IMG/VR virus record: IMGVR_UViG_3300014494_000005
Coordinates: 284,924 to 348,923 of that record
DNA length: 64,000 nucleotides
Reading direction: 5' to 3' (one strand)
In this document: piece after piece, positions 19,669 through 28,126 of the stretch
How the letters are laid out: every line of letters starts with the position of its first letter
How positions within the stretch are numbered: the first letter of the stretch is position 1
Notes under the pieces: model-generated
The model's input: the letters and a program-made list of their open reading frames with translations, nothing else
The model's database searches: none
What the model was told of the DNA's origin: nothing
Translations under genes and position numbers: made by a program

Positions 19669-20130
19669 ATGGGAAAAGTAAAAGAAAAACAAGTACTTAT
19701 TGATGCAGTCATTGCTGACCTTAAGAAAGATTTTGAAGCAGGTGACTACACGGTATTGGAAGAACTATTGTTCATGATACCAAATGAGAACCTCATTCAT
19801 TCTCTACCAGAAGAAGACTGGAAAGAATATGAGAATGTACAAGAAAACGTACATGAGAATGTACAAAATGATAATGATTACTTTCTTGGTATTGAAACCT
19901 ATGACCCAAGAAATTTTAGTGATGAAGAAGTTCGGGAGTTTAAAGAAAAATGGGGTCAATCACACGGAGAACTCTGTGCTGAACTTGGTTATGATGAAGT
20001 CGATACTTCTGAGCTTATTATGATTGATTTCTTCTGGATTGAAGCAGATAAAAAATGGTATAATATTGCTGCCTCAATGTACACCGATAGAGAACAAGAA
20101 ATTGCTAATTACTTAAGACTTGGTAAATAA
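19669..20130 (+). CDS. acidic hypothetical protein
   Basis: ORF track; promoter 19615. Confidence 0.85.
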   Translation: MGKVKEKQVLIDAVIADLKKDFEAGDYTVLEELLFMIPNENLIHSLPEEDWKEYENVQENVHENVQNDNDYFLGIETYDPRNFSDEEVREFKEKWGQSHGELCAELGYDEVDTSELIMIDFFWIEADKKWYNIAASMYTDREQEIANYLRLGK

Positions 20131-20450
20131 TAATTAAAAACTTTATAATATGAATACATATCTTATTCTTTCATTTATTTTATTCCTGATATTAGGAATA
20201 TGTTGGACTAAAAGTAATTTCCTAAACCTTATAGTTAAAATTCTCTTATTTGGTATGGGAATTGTTGGACTTTTCTTGTGGTTACAATTAAATGGCTACA
20301 TTATAAAGATACATTAATATACTAATAGAATGTCCGTTCCATATTGTACAATAGGTATAATATTATTAATACTGTTTTGTATTGTACATGAAACATATTT
20401 AAAATATAAAAAGAAACACTAACCTTTTGTATTTATACAAAAGGTTTTTT

Positions 20451-20822
20451 ATGAATGTACTAAACCAGAATGTACTTGATAACTATGTTTCTTATTTAAA
20501 AAATAATAAATATAAGAATGTACTGCAGGAATTAAAACTTGATTATGATAGTGAAAATGGTACTGATTTCATCTTCCTGCTTTTAATTAAAATCAAACGA
20601 CATGAACATAATAAAGGTTGGGGTTCAAAAGTTCTTAAAGATATTGTACAAGTAGCTAATAAATATAATGTACAAGTCAGACTTTGGATAACAGCTATCT
20701 ATGGAATGAATTTAAATAGATTAATGAAATTCTATATGAAACAAGGTTTTGTCTTAGACCACGATGATTATATGATATACACACCAAAAAAAATTAGAAA
20801 AAATTGTAACAAATTAGAATAA
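20451..20822 (+). CDS. GNAT-like acetyltransferase (start moved to 20451)
   Basis: HNKGWGSKVL (motif A-like) and LMKFYMKQGF. Confidence 0.65.
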   Translation: MNVLNQNVLDNYVSYLKNNKYKNVLQELKLDYDSENGTDFIFLLLIKIKRHEHNKGWGSKVLKDIVQVANKYNVQVRLWITAIYGMNLNRLMKFYMKQGFVLDHDDYMIYTPKKIRKNCNKLE

Positions 20823-20855
20823 TATTCGTATCATTGTACATAAATTAGAAAAAAT

Positions 20856-21059
20856 ATGACAACAACATTAACAATAATCTTATACATATTTCTTTATCTT
20901 ATTGTTGGAAGAATATATACTAATCTCATGAAAAGTGATGAGTATGAAAATGCAGTTATTACTATCTTCTATCCAATAATAATCGTATGGAAAATTGCAA
21001 TGAGTATTGCTGATAATATAACAAACATTTTATTTAAAAAAAGTTCTAAAGATATTTAA
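20856..21059 (+). CDS. small membrane protein
   Basis: two hydrophobic segments; promoter 20805. Confidence 0.75.
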   Translation: MTTTLTIILYIFLYLIVGRIYTNLMKSDEYENAVITIFYPIIIVWKIAMSIADNITNILFKKSSKDI

Positions 21060-21067
21060 GAAACAAA

Positions 21068-21343
21068 ATGCCAACCGTAGTCTGACTGAAAATGATTTAC
21101 TATAGCTAAGTTGTCAAGTAAGTAGATGGTAGTCTTCGGACGGGAATTGAACTGTATTGTGGAGTAACGCACTCCAAAAGAGTAAGGCAGCTTAACGAAC
21201 TGCATACAGTGATGATATTCTTACGGCAATGGTTATTCGATGAGTGAGTTGCTACACTCCAAATTGCAATCGAGTAGAAAAACCCCTGTTATTCCCTGAA
21301 ACTGCACTTAGTACAGATATAAAAAGGAATTGCGGGGGTTTTT
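21068..21343 (+). ncRNA. candidate large structured RNA
   Basis: GC-richer ORF-free stretch with nested helices and a C(UUCG)G tetraloop. Confidence 0.6.
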
Positions 21344-21368
21344 CCTTTTAAAATACTTGATAAATTCA

Positions 21369-21472
21369 AAAAGTTGTTGTAGCTTTACAGCAGCTTTTTG
21401 TTTTTAGTGTTGTTCAAACCACCTGCTTTTATTTCATCTTTCATAAGTTAATTATTTTGCAGGTGGTTTTTT
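21369..21472 (+). terminator. two further tandem terminators
   Basis: AAAAGTTGTTGTA/TACAGCAGCTTTT (GU pairs work on + strand) and AAACCACCTGC/GCAGGTGGTTT plus T runs. Confidence 0.75.
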
Positions 21473-21525
21473 TATTTAATATTGTAACATTTTTAATTAA
21501 AATCCGTATAATATATTAATAAAAG

Positions 21526-21598
21526 GGTTGACATACCATTGTATGTTGAGAGAGTAGACTTCAACCTACCTATAACTCTGTTGTTAGAATCATTCTAA
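21526..21598 (+). ncRNA. candidate small RNA, family copy B
   Basis: GTTG-hairpin(ACATAC/GTATGT)-GAGTAGAC-N23-GTTAGAATCATTCTAA after promoter 21483. Confidence 0.6.
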
Positions 21599-21656
21599 AT
21601 AATATAATATTTGTAACATTTCCTGAAGATATCCGTATTATAAAGAAAACACAATT

Positions 21657-22676
21657 ATGGAAAAATTACCCACATTACATTTTCTACCATTAAATCAAGA
21701 CCAGAAAGATTTGATTATTTCAATTATAAATCATTTTGGTACTGCTCAACATCCGATTTGCAATAATACTACTATAGATGGTTTTATGGTCTCTTATTTG
21801 AAAGAGATTATTAATAGTAAGAAATTCAAAAAATCAATAAGTAATTTATCTGAAAACGGTAAAAGAATTTTAGCTGAAATTGAAGAAATAATATATCTTA
21901 ACCAAAAAAACACAATGAAAACAAAAACAAATTGGTCATCTCCAAAAACAAATATCTTTGCTGGTATAAATGACTTGCGCAAATGCTTTGCCAGTGGTTA
22001 TAAAGCCAGACTGGTCAGAGCACGTAATGAAGACTGTCAGCATCCTATTACGGAAAAAGCATATCCTAATGACTTCAGAAGCTACGAATTCTCTATAGGT
22101 TATATCAGTAATGTAAATAAAATAAAGTCTGAAGAAATAATGTATAATGAATTCGAAAAAAGTCTCAGTCTTAATTATATCAATTGTTATGGAACTACTG
22201 AAGCAAAAAATCGATATTACCAAACTGGTATATTAAGTAAAGACAATTTTCATACACAGGGTTGTTCTCATCTGGTACATGTAGATGACTATATTAAATT
22301 CCTTGAAAAATCAGGAGACCTTGACCGTGCACAAATGTACAAGAAACAATATAGAATACCTGAATATGGAAATACTGCACACTTCTTCGATTTCTATAGA
22401 TTAAAAAATGGTTATCATGATTGGAATGTGAAAAAATTTAAACGTAAACTCTGGGTTGTTGAAATGCTTAATGAGAAAGAACCTCAACCCCAGATTTCTA
22501 TAATGATGAAAACAATAATTAAAATTATTAATGTACTGGTATATCCTCTGAAATACATTCCCCAGAGGTCAGTACTGCGTATGAAAGAATATAATGTTCA
22601 TACATTCAGAGTTGGAGATGTAACAAATGGGTTCTGTGTTGAATTCCATATACCAAAGAAGTTCAGTTTTAAATAA
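21657..22676 (+). CDS. hypothetical protein, possible fusion with internal start at 21915
   Basis: in-frame leader-like TAACCAAAAAAACACAATG inside the ORF. Confidence 0.75.
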   Translation: MEKLPTLHFLPLNQDQKDLIISIINHFGTAQHPICNNTTIDGFMVSYLKEIINSKKFKKSISNLSENGKRILAEIEEIIYLNQKNTMKTKTNWSSPKTNIFAGINDLRKCFASGYKARLVRARNEDCQHPITEKAYPNDFRSYEFSIGYISNVNKIKSEEIMYNEFEKSLSLNYINCYGTTEAKNRYYQTGILSKDNFHTQGCSHLVHVDDYIKFLEKSGDLDRAQMYKKQYRIPEYGNTAHFFDFYRLKNGYHDWNVKKFKRKLWVVEMLNEKEPQPQISIMMKTIIKIINVLVYPLKYIPQRSVLRMKEYNVHTFRVGDVTNGFCVEFHIPKKFSFK

Positions 22677-22761
22677 AAATATTTTTCGCTCCGTTCTTGG
22701 AGCAACATTGTGTTTTGGTTTTTTTGGTTGATGTTTAATGGAGTTGTGACCCATTAAGCTG

Positions 22762-22792
22762 CCTCAGTGAAATTATATTCACTGAGGTTTTT
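22762..22792 (+). terminator. intrinsic terminator
   Basis: CCTCAGTGAA/TTCACTGAGG plus T run. Confidence 0.85.
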
Positions 22793-22832
22793 TATAAAAA
22801 TCTTTGTATTTATATGAAATTAATAGATTTTT

Positions 22833-23210
22833 ATGAGAACAAAAGAAGAAATATTAGAATATAATAAACAATATAAATTAAGAAATAAAGATAAGGTTGC
22901 AAAACATTGCGCAAAATATTATCAATTACATAAAAAAGAAATAAGTAAACGTTCAAGAATTGCTACAATAAAAGAACATGGATTAACATTAGACCAATAT
23001 GATGTTATTTTTAATAAACAGAATGGTAAATGTGTTATTTGTGGCAGACATCAAAGTGAATTAAAATTAACATTAGCTGTTGACCATGACCATATATCTG
23101 GTAAAGTAAGAGGATTATTATGTAATACCTGTAATCGTGGTATTGGTTATCTTCATGATGATATTAATTTATTAGAAAAAGCAATTCAATATATAAAAAC
23201 TAATCGTTGA
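22833..23210 (+). CDS. endonuclease VII-like HNH nuclease
   Basis: QNGKCVICG...VDHDH...VRGLLCNTCNRGIG. Confidence 0.9.
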   Translation: MRTKEEILEYNKQYKLRNKDKVAKHCAKYYQLHKKEISKRSRIATIKEHGLTLDQYDVIFNKQNGKCVICGRHQSELKLTLAVDHDHISGKVRGLLCNTCNRGIGYLHDDINLLEKAIQYIKTNR

Positions 23211-23253
23211 TTTTGTAACATTTTTAATTAAAATCCGTATAATATATAATAAT

Positions 23254-23328
23254 AGTTGTAACAGGATTGTACGCCTGAGACCAAGTATACTGATTAGTGC
23301 CTTTATGAATGTACGTAGAATCATTCTA
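23254..23328 (+). ncRNA. candidate small RNA, family copy C
   Basis: GTTG-hairpin(CAGG/CCTG)-AAGTATAC-N23-CGTAGAATCATTCTA after promoter 23214. Confidence 0.55.
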
Positions 23329-23409
23329 TATAATGTACATGAATAGATTGTCCATGAATGATTGTACACTTAAGCCATTGTACGACCATAATGTAAATTA
23401 TATCAACTA

Positions 23410-23955
23410 TTATTGATTGATGAATTGTTCATTCTTTTTCTTTACAGTAATTTCATATCCAAGAACATTTAACACTTTTTTAATATTATAAAATCTTGCT
23501 TTTTTATTACCATTTTCAATCATACTTAAAGTAGGTCTACTAATTTTTGCCATTTTACATATATCTTCCTGACGAAGATTTTGATAATTTCTACTTTCTT
23601 TAATTGTTTTACTAATTATTTGTATATCTGCATCTTCAAATATATATTCTTTTTTACTTATAATATTATCTGCATGATTATGTGCAACATTTAATAAATA
23701 ACATCCCTCATCTATTGATTTTTTTATCCATTCTTTTTCTTTTTCATCAAGATTATTTTCATCACATTCTTCCAGTATTTTAATAACTGGTTTATATCCT
23801 AATATTTTTAATTGGAAAACCCATTCATTAATTTTTTCAGAATGTGATTCAGTCATGTGTTGCTTGGGTCTTATCATATATTTACTACTCTTTCCTATAT
23901 AATGTAAATTATTTGTAAAGGGACAATAAAGACCATAAATTAAATTTTTATTCAT
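23410..23955 (-). CDS. GIY-YIG domain plus XRE HTH protein
   Basis: LIYGLY...HYIGKS; C-terminal LRQEDICKMAKISRPTLSMIENG. Confidence 0.8.
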   Translation of the reverse strand: MNKNLIYGLYCPFTNNLHYIGKSSKYMIRPKQHMTESHSEKINEWVFQLKILGYKPVIKILEECDENNLDEKEKEWIKKSIDEGCYLLNVAHNHADNIISKKEYIFEDADIQIISKTIKESRNYQNLRQEDICKMAKISRPTLSMIENGNKKARFYNIKKVLNVLGYEITVKKKNEQFINQ

Positions 23956-24285
23956 ATTAATATTTTAATATAAATACTGCCGTAAAATATATTTTCTATT
24001 TGTAAAGTATAGTTTACATTATAAAATATTATAATTTATTATAAATCAGGTTTTGGTAAAAATTAATGAGGGTCGAACGATGGTTGCGTGGGACATACAA
24101 AACTACCATTATTATATACTTTTCCTACCACATTTTCCCATTTTCTCCCACAATCTACCACAGCAATTTATTAGTCATTGTTTAACATCTTAATAATCAA
24201 TACTGCTAAATCTCAATAAAAACGCTTAAAATAGCAACATTAAAATAATTAAAGTACGTATAACTCCAAGTTATTGTACATATAT

Positions 24286-24537
24286 TTAAAACACATAAAA
24301 TTCCGGCAAAATACCTAAATAATAATATTTACCATTCACAATAGAAACAGTCATATAATAAAACATATCATCTTTTTCATATTCTGCTTCTCCACACTGA
24401 ATAAAACCATTTAAATTACATTTAGGTACAACAATACTGCCTATAGATAAATATAATTCTTCATCAATTTGACAAGGTTCTATTAGGTATTCATTTAAAT
24501 TCAATTTAGATTTTTCCCATGCTTTAAATTTTTTCAT
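24286..24537 (-). CDS. hypothetical protein
   Basis: ORF track. Confidence 0.75.
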   Translation of the reverse strand: MKKFKAWEKSKLNLNEYLIEPCQIDEELYLSIGSIVVPKCNLNGFIQCGEAEYEKDDMFYYMTVSIVNGKYYYLGILPEFYVF

Positions 24538-24931
24538 AATTTACTTTTTTCAAAAACATTTTAAACTTTTTACCACCAGACTTAAATTCAACATAACTAT
24601 TTTCAGCAGGTAACATTTCCAATACAAATTTATCATTATTACCATTTATTACTTTAATTGCTTCAAGGGGTTCATCATCATCGAATTGAATAAATAATTT
24701 CAGTTCTTTATTCTCTTTGATTTCAAAAAATTCTTCAAGACCATCAATATTAAAAATATGTTCTTCATTTTCATCATTAAGAATAGTTATACTACCATAT
24801 TTGACATCTATTGGATGATAATTTTTATCAATAGTTAATGTAGGTCTGTTATCTTTTAACATTCTGCATTCATCAATAGCGATTAATGAATACTTATTCC
24901 AGTCAACATTTATAATATCAGTTGTTTTCAT
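24524..24931 (-). CDS. hypothetical protein
   Basis: ORF track. Confidence 0.75.
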   Translation of the reverse strand: MKTTDIINVDWNKYSLIAIDECRMLKDNRPTLTIDKNYHPIDVKYGSITILNDENEEHIFNIDGLEEFFEIKENKELKLFIQFDDDEPLEAIKVINGNNDKFVLEMLPAENSYVEFKSGGKKFKMFLKKVNYEKI

Positions 24932-25272
24932 TATTTAATTTTTTTAAAGATTGTTTCTTTATTTGTCACCAATAATCTTTCGTTAATACATTTAATTTGC
25001 CATTCATTATTTAATATTTCTATTTCATTTTCCAATATTTTTATTTTTTCCAGATATTCAATACCAAAATACCAACATTTAGAGCAATAGACGGTTCTAC
25101 AATCACCACCATTATATTCTTCATGTGCAACACAATTATTACATAAGTCTTTACCACACATTTCACATTTTGCATTGGAACAAGCCATACTATTTTTTAT
25201 TTCAATTCCGCAGTCATCGCAATGTTTATGATAGACTATAATTTCTTTTGTACTTTTTTCTTCTTTTATCAT
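24931..25272 (-). CDS. Cys-rich zinc-finger protein
   Basis: four CxxC-type pairs. Confidence 0.75.
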   Translation of the reverse strand: MIKEEKSTKEIIVYHKHCDDCGIEIKNSMACSNAKCEMCGKDLCNNCVAHEEYNGGDCRTVYCSKCWYFGIEYLEKIKILENEIEILNNEWQIKCINERLLVTNKETIFKKIK

Positions 25273-25278
25273 AATTAT

Positions 25279-25641
25279 TTAATCAATTTTAATATTCTTT
25301 TTTTCTGCAAGTTTTCTCAATACTTTGGCTCTATAACGATATGCACTTAAGAGTTCTTCAGGAGTACTGGCAGAACCTATTTTTAGATATGATTTTGAAA
25401 TTTTTTTGTTATAATCAACACAACCGCCTTCTTTTTCATAAACGCATTTAAAACATACTGTATCTACTTTAAGGCATAGTGTACATTTTTTTACATGGCC
25501 ATAACCAGTTAATCTTGTTTTTAATAAAGAAAATACAAAATACTTTTTCTTTTTTTCTAAAATTTCTTTCAGAGTAATAGTTTCATATCTATGAATTAGA
25601 TTAATAAATTCATCAATATTTTCAGCATTATTATTTTTCAT
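25279..25641 (-). CDS. hypothetical protein with CxxC motifs
   Basis: ORF track. Confidence 0.75.
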   Translation of the reverse strand: MKNNNAENIDEFINLIHRYETITLKEILEKKKKYFVFSLLKTRLTGYGHVKKCTLCLKVDTVCFKCVYEKEGGCVDYNKKISKSYLKIGSASTPEELLSAYRYRAKVLRKLAEKKNIKID

Positions 25642-25674
25642 AAGTTTTAATTAAATAAAATAGTATATTTATTT

Positions 25675-25878
25675 TTATTTCAATTCCACAGTCATCGCAA
25701 TGTTTATGAAAAGAATTACAATAATAACAATACCAATTACATACACAGAAATTATATCAACATTATTTCTTAAATATTTTTTATATTTCTTTGTAGGTAA
25801 TTTAAAATGCCAGAGGATATACAATACATAAAGTATTGCAATACCAATCCAACCGAAAAATCTAACTAAGTATTTCAT
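25675..25878 (-). CDS. small membrane protein
   Basis: two hydrophobic helices. Confidence 0.75.
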   Translation of the reverse strand: MKYLVRFFGWIGIAILYVLYILWHFKLPTKKYKKYLRNNVDIISVYVIGIVIIVILFINIAMTVELK

Positions 25879-25889
25879 AATATCTGTTT

Positions 25890-26330
25890 TTATTCGTGAA
25901 ATATATATTGAAAATTTTCTTTATAATCTCGTTTATCAGCACGTTCTTTTACAAGCGATGGATTATTTAATGACATATAATATTCATTTTTTCCTAATCC
26001 AACTATGTGTGCAGTTAAATCCCAAAATCCATCATCACCAGTTCCCCATTGTATTGTAATTGATGTTAATTTATCAACCAAAATACTTCTTTTATTTTTT
26101 ACAAACTCTTTAAGTTGTCTTATTTGTTCTGGTGAATAATTATTTTTTAGCCATTCACCTTTTTCTTTATATGAATATCCACCAACAGAGTTCCATTGTA
26201 ATTTATTAATCATTTCCCAATATACGTCTTCATTTTCAGACATAATTACATTTTCTGATTGTTGTAATTGTTCAACATAATCTTGAATTGTTTTAACTGC
26301 TTTTAAAAAATCTTCTTTGTATAAAATCAT
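25890..26330 (-). CDS. DUF4240-like protein
   Basis: YWEMI...GDDGFWDL.AHIVG.G..Y....NP...Y.ENF (recalled). Confidence 0.55.
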   Translation of the reverse strand: MILYKEDFLKAVKTIQDYVEQLQQSENVIMSENEDVYWEMINKLQWNSVGGYSYKEKGEWLKNNYSPEQIRQLKEFVKNKRSILVDKLTSITIQWGTGDDGFWDLTAHIVGLGKNEYYMSLNNPSLVKERADKRDYKENFQYIFHE

Positions 26331-26408
26331 AGAATTGTATTATTAATAATATTATTTTTATGTAAATCTATCACCTCTCGGCAATCTTTTTTTCTTCTTT
26401 AATTATAA

Positions 26409-26753
26409 TTAATCTTTATTTAATACTGCAATATTTTTATTAAATCCCTCTTGTTGTTCTTTAAAATACTGTTCCCATGTTATACCGCATAGTCTCTGGT
26501 ATTCTCTTGTATTTTCAATTAATTCTTTTTTTGTTTTTCCCGAAGCAATAACACGTTCTTCCACGTAATTAAAATCAATTCTTTCACCATCTTGATTAGT
26601 CCATTGATTTTGTTTATCATCTGCTGTATTGCGATTAAAACCAATAATTAAATACATTTTACCTTTTTCTAAAGGTTTACTTATTCTTGCAGTATCACAT
26701 TTAACTATTTCTCTGCAGTCCTGAATAAGTTTATCGTAGTTAATTTCTTTCAT
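26409..26753 (-). CDS. hypothetical protein
   Basis: ORF track. Confidence 0.8.
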   Translation of the reverse strand: MKEINYDKLIQDCREIVKCDTARISKPLEKGKMYLIIGFNRNTADDKQNQWTNQDGERIDFNYVEERVIASGKTKKELIENTREYQRLCGITWEQYFKEQQEGFNKNIAVLNKD

Positions 26754-26992
26754 GTTGTTATCACTTTAAATTTATTATAATCCTGAATTACTTTATCAAT
26801 AAATTCAGCTTTTTCTTTATTAGTACCTTTAACATTTAATATTAAATCTTTTGCAAATATTAACGATTTTTTTGCATGAAAAACTGCAGTATTAAAATCT
26901 GATTCATCTCTTAAACCACCAATTATATGTTCTTCCAATAATAAATTGGCGCAATAATTTATGTGATAATCTTTTATAATTTTCTTATTCAT
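26750..26992 (-). CDS. hypothetical protein
   Basis: ORF track; ATGA coupling. Confidence 0.75.
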   Translation of the reverse strand: MNKKIIKDYHINYCANLLLEEHIIGGLRDESDFNTAVFHAKKSLIFAKDLILNVKGTNKEKAEFIDKVIQDYNKFKVITT

Positions 26993-27063
26993 GATTTATT
27001 AATTTTTTAATATATATTCTTTTAAATATTTTGGATTTTTTTGCCATTTATTTCCAATCTTCA

Positions 27064-27297
27064 TTAACTACTTTGTATTCCATTTTTATAATTATATAAT
27101 AATTTTAATAATTCAGGATTATTTTTACAAAGTCTCGAATGACTTAACATCATTGGTATATCATCTTTGCACCATTTGCAAACAAAAGAAGTATCACTTT
27201 TTTGAATCCAATAATGTGAATCACTTAACCAATCATACATTTGAATTTCAAATTCATTTTCTTCCGAAATAATCGGTTTTGGTAATAATTTTATCAT
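27064..27297 (-). CDS. hypothetical protein
   Basis: ORF track. Confidence 0.75.
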   Translation of the reverse strand: MIKLLPKPIISEENEFEIQMYDWLSDSHYWIQKSDTSFVCKWCKDDIPMMLSHSRLCKNNPELLKLLYNYKNGIQSS

Positions 27298-27300
27298 AAT

Positions 27301-27594
27301 TTATAATTTTATTTCTTTTAATAAATTTAATGTATCATCTGAAAGACTTTCTTTTTTTGCTATACAGACTGCTACACATGGTGTTTCTCCAAATGCTAAA
27401 TGACTTATATCTCCAGCATTTTTAAATGCATTTGCAGCTAATCCAAATTGAATCTTTTTAACATTTCTTTTTGCATTAACACTGACATTTCCTACAAGAT
27501 TAGAAGTAAAGACAACATATTCGTCATCATCAATTTGTTTATTAAGCCATTTCATAAAATGGTCTTTTGTGTAGATATAAGTATCTCTATCCAT
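27301..27594 (-). CDS. hypothetical protein
   Basis: ORF track. Confidence 0.8.
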   Translation of the reverse strand: MDRDTYIYTKDHFMKWLNKQIDDDEYVVFTSNLVGNVSVNAKRNVKKIQFGLAANAFKNAGDISHLAFGETPCVAVCIAKKESLSDDTLNLLKEIKL

Positions 27595-27607
27595 TTTGAT
27601 ATATATT

Positions 27608-27817
27608 TTAATATTTTAATTTTTTATATGTTAATACTCTATATGAATAATATTTATTTATTTGTCCATCACCTCGTTGAGTATAAAAAAAATCACCTTT
27701 TTTATTAAACCTACCCACTAATTGGGTTGTATAATCTCGTACTATAAACATATACATTTCATCTTTTTCACTACAGAAAGTATTTTCTATTTCTTTCATG
27801 TTTTTATCTTCATCCAT
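27608..27817 (-). CDS. hypothetical protein
   Basis: ORF track. Confidence 0.7.
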   Translation of the reverse strand: MDEDKNMKEIENTFCSEKDEMYMFIVRDYTTQLVGRFNKKGDFFYTQRGDGQINKYYSYRVLTYKKLKY

Positions 27818-27823
27818 ATAATT

Positions 27824-28102
27824 TTATTTTAAATCTGATTTATTCTCCAAAAATTCAATTGCATCTTTTAATGGTTGATAATTATTTGTGGTGAGAATAA
27901 TATCATCCCAATTACCATATTTACATTTATAACCACAGATGTATTTAATAGCAATCCAAATTCTTTTAATGAAATTCTTATAAGTTTTTAAATGAATTTG
28001 TAAATAAACCATTCTTATATCTCTAAATTCATCATCTTTTATAATAATTATTTGATGTTCAGGAGAACCGCATTCACATAGTATTAAATTTTCTTTTTCC
28101 AT
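27824..28102 (-). CDS. conserved hypothetical phage protein
   Basis: LILCECGSPEHQ...RIWIAIKYICGY. Confidence 0.8.
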   Translation of the reverse strand: MEKENLILCECGSPEHQIIIIKDDEFRDIRMVYLQIHLKTYKNFIKRIWIAIKYICGYKCKYGNWDDIILTTNNYQPLKDAIEFLENKSDLK

Positions 28103-28126
28103 AATATTATCTTTATTAATTAAATA

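Larger units (their letters stand above)
6576..23239 (+). promoter_or_regulatory. 23 rightward ECF-type promoters (T/C/A)G(T/C)AAC-N16-CGT(A/T)
   Basis: -35 starts at 6576,7359,8272,8785,9120,9666,10200,10652,10923,11769,12136,12794,13195,13876,14858,15074,16337,17423,19615,20805,21483,21612,23214; spacer counted as 16 nt in each. Confidence 0.9.

Noticed and set aside
4994-23239. CRISPR array reading of the repeated intergenic motif
   Set aside because: Units are separated by whole genes, are degenerate and match promoter geometry; no cas genes or constant spacers.
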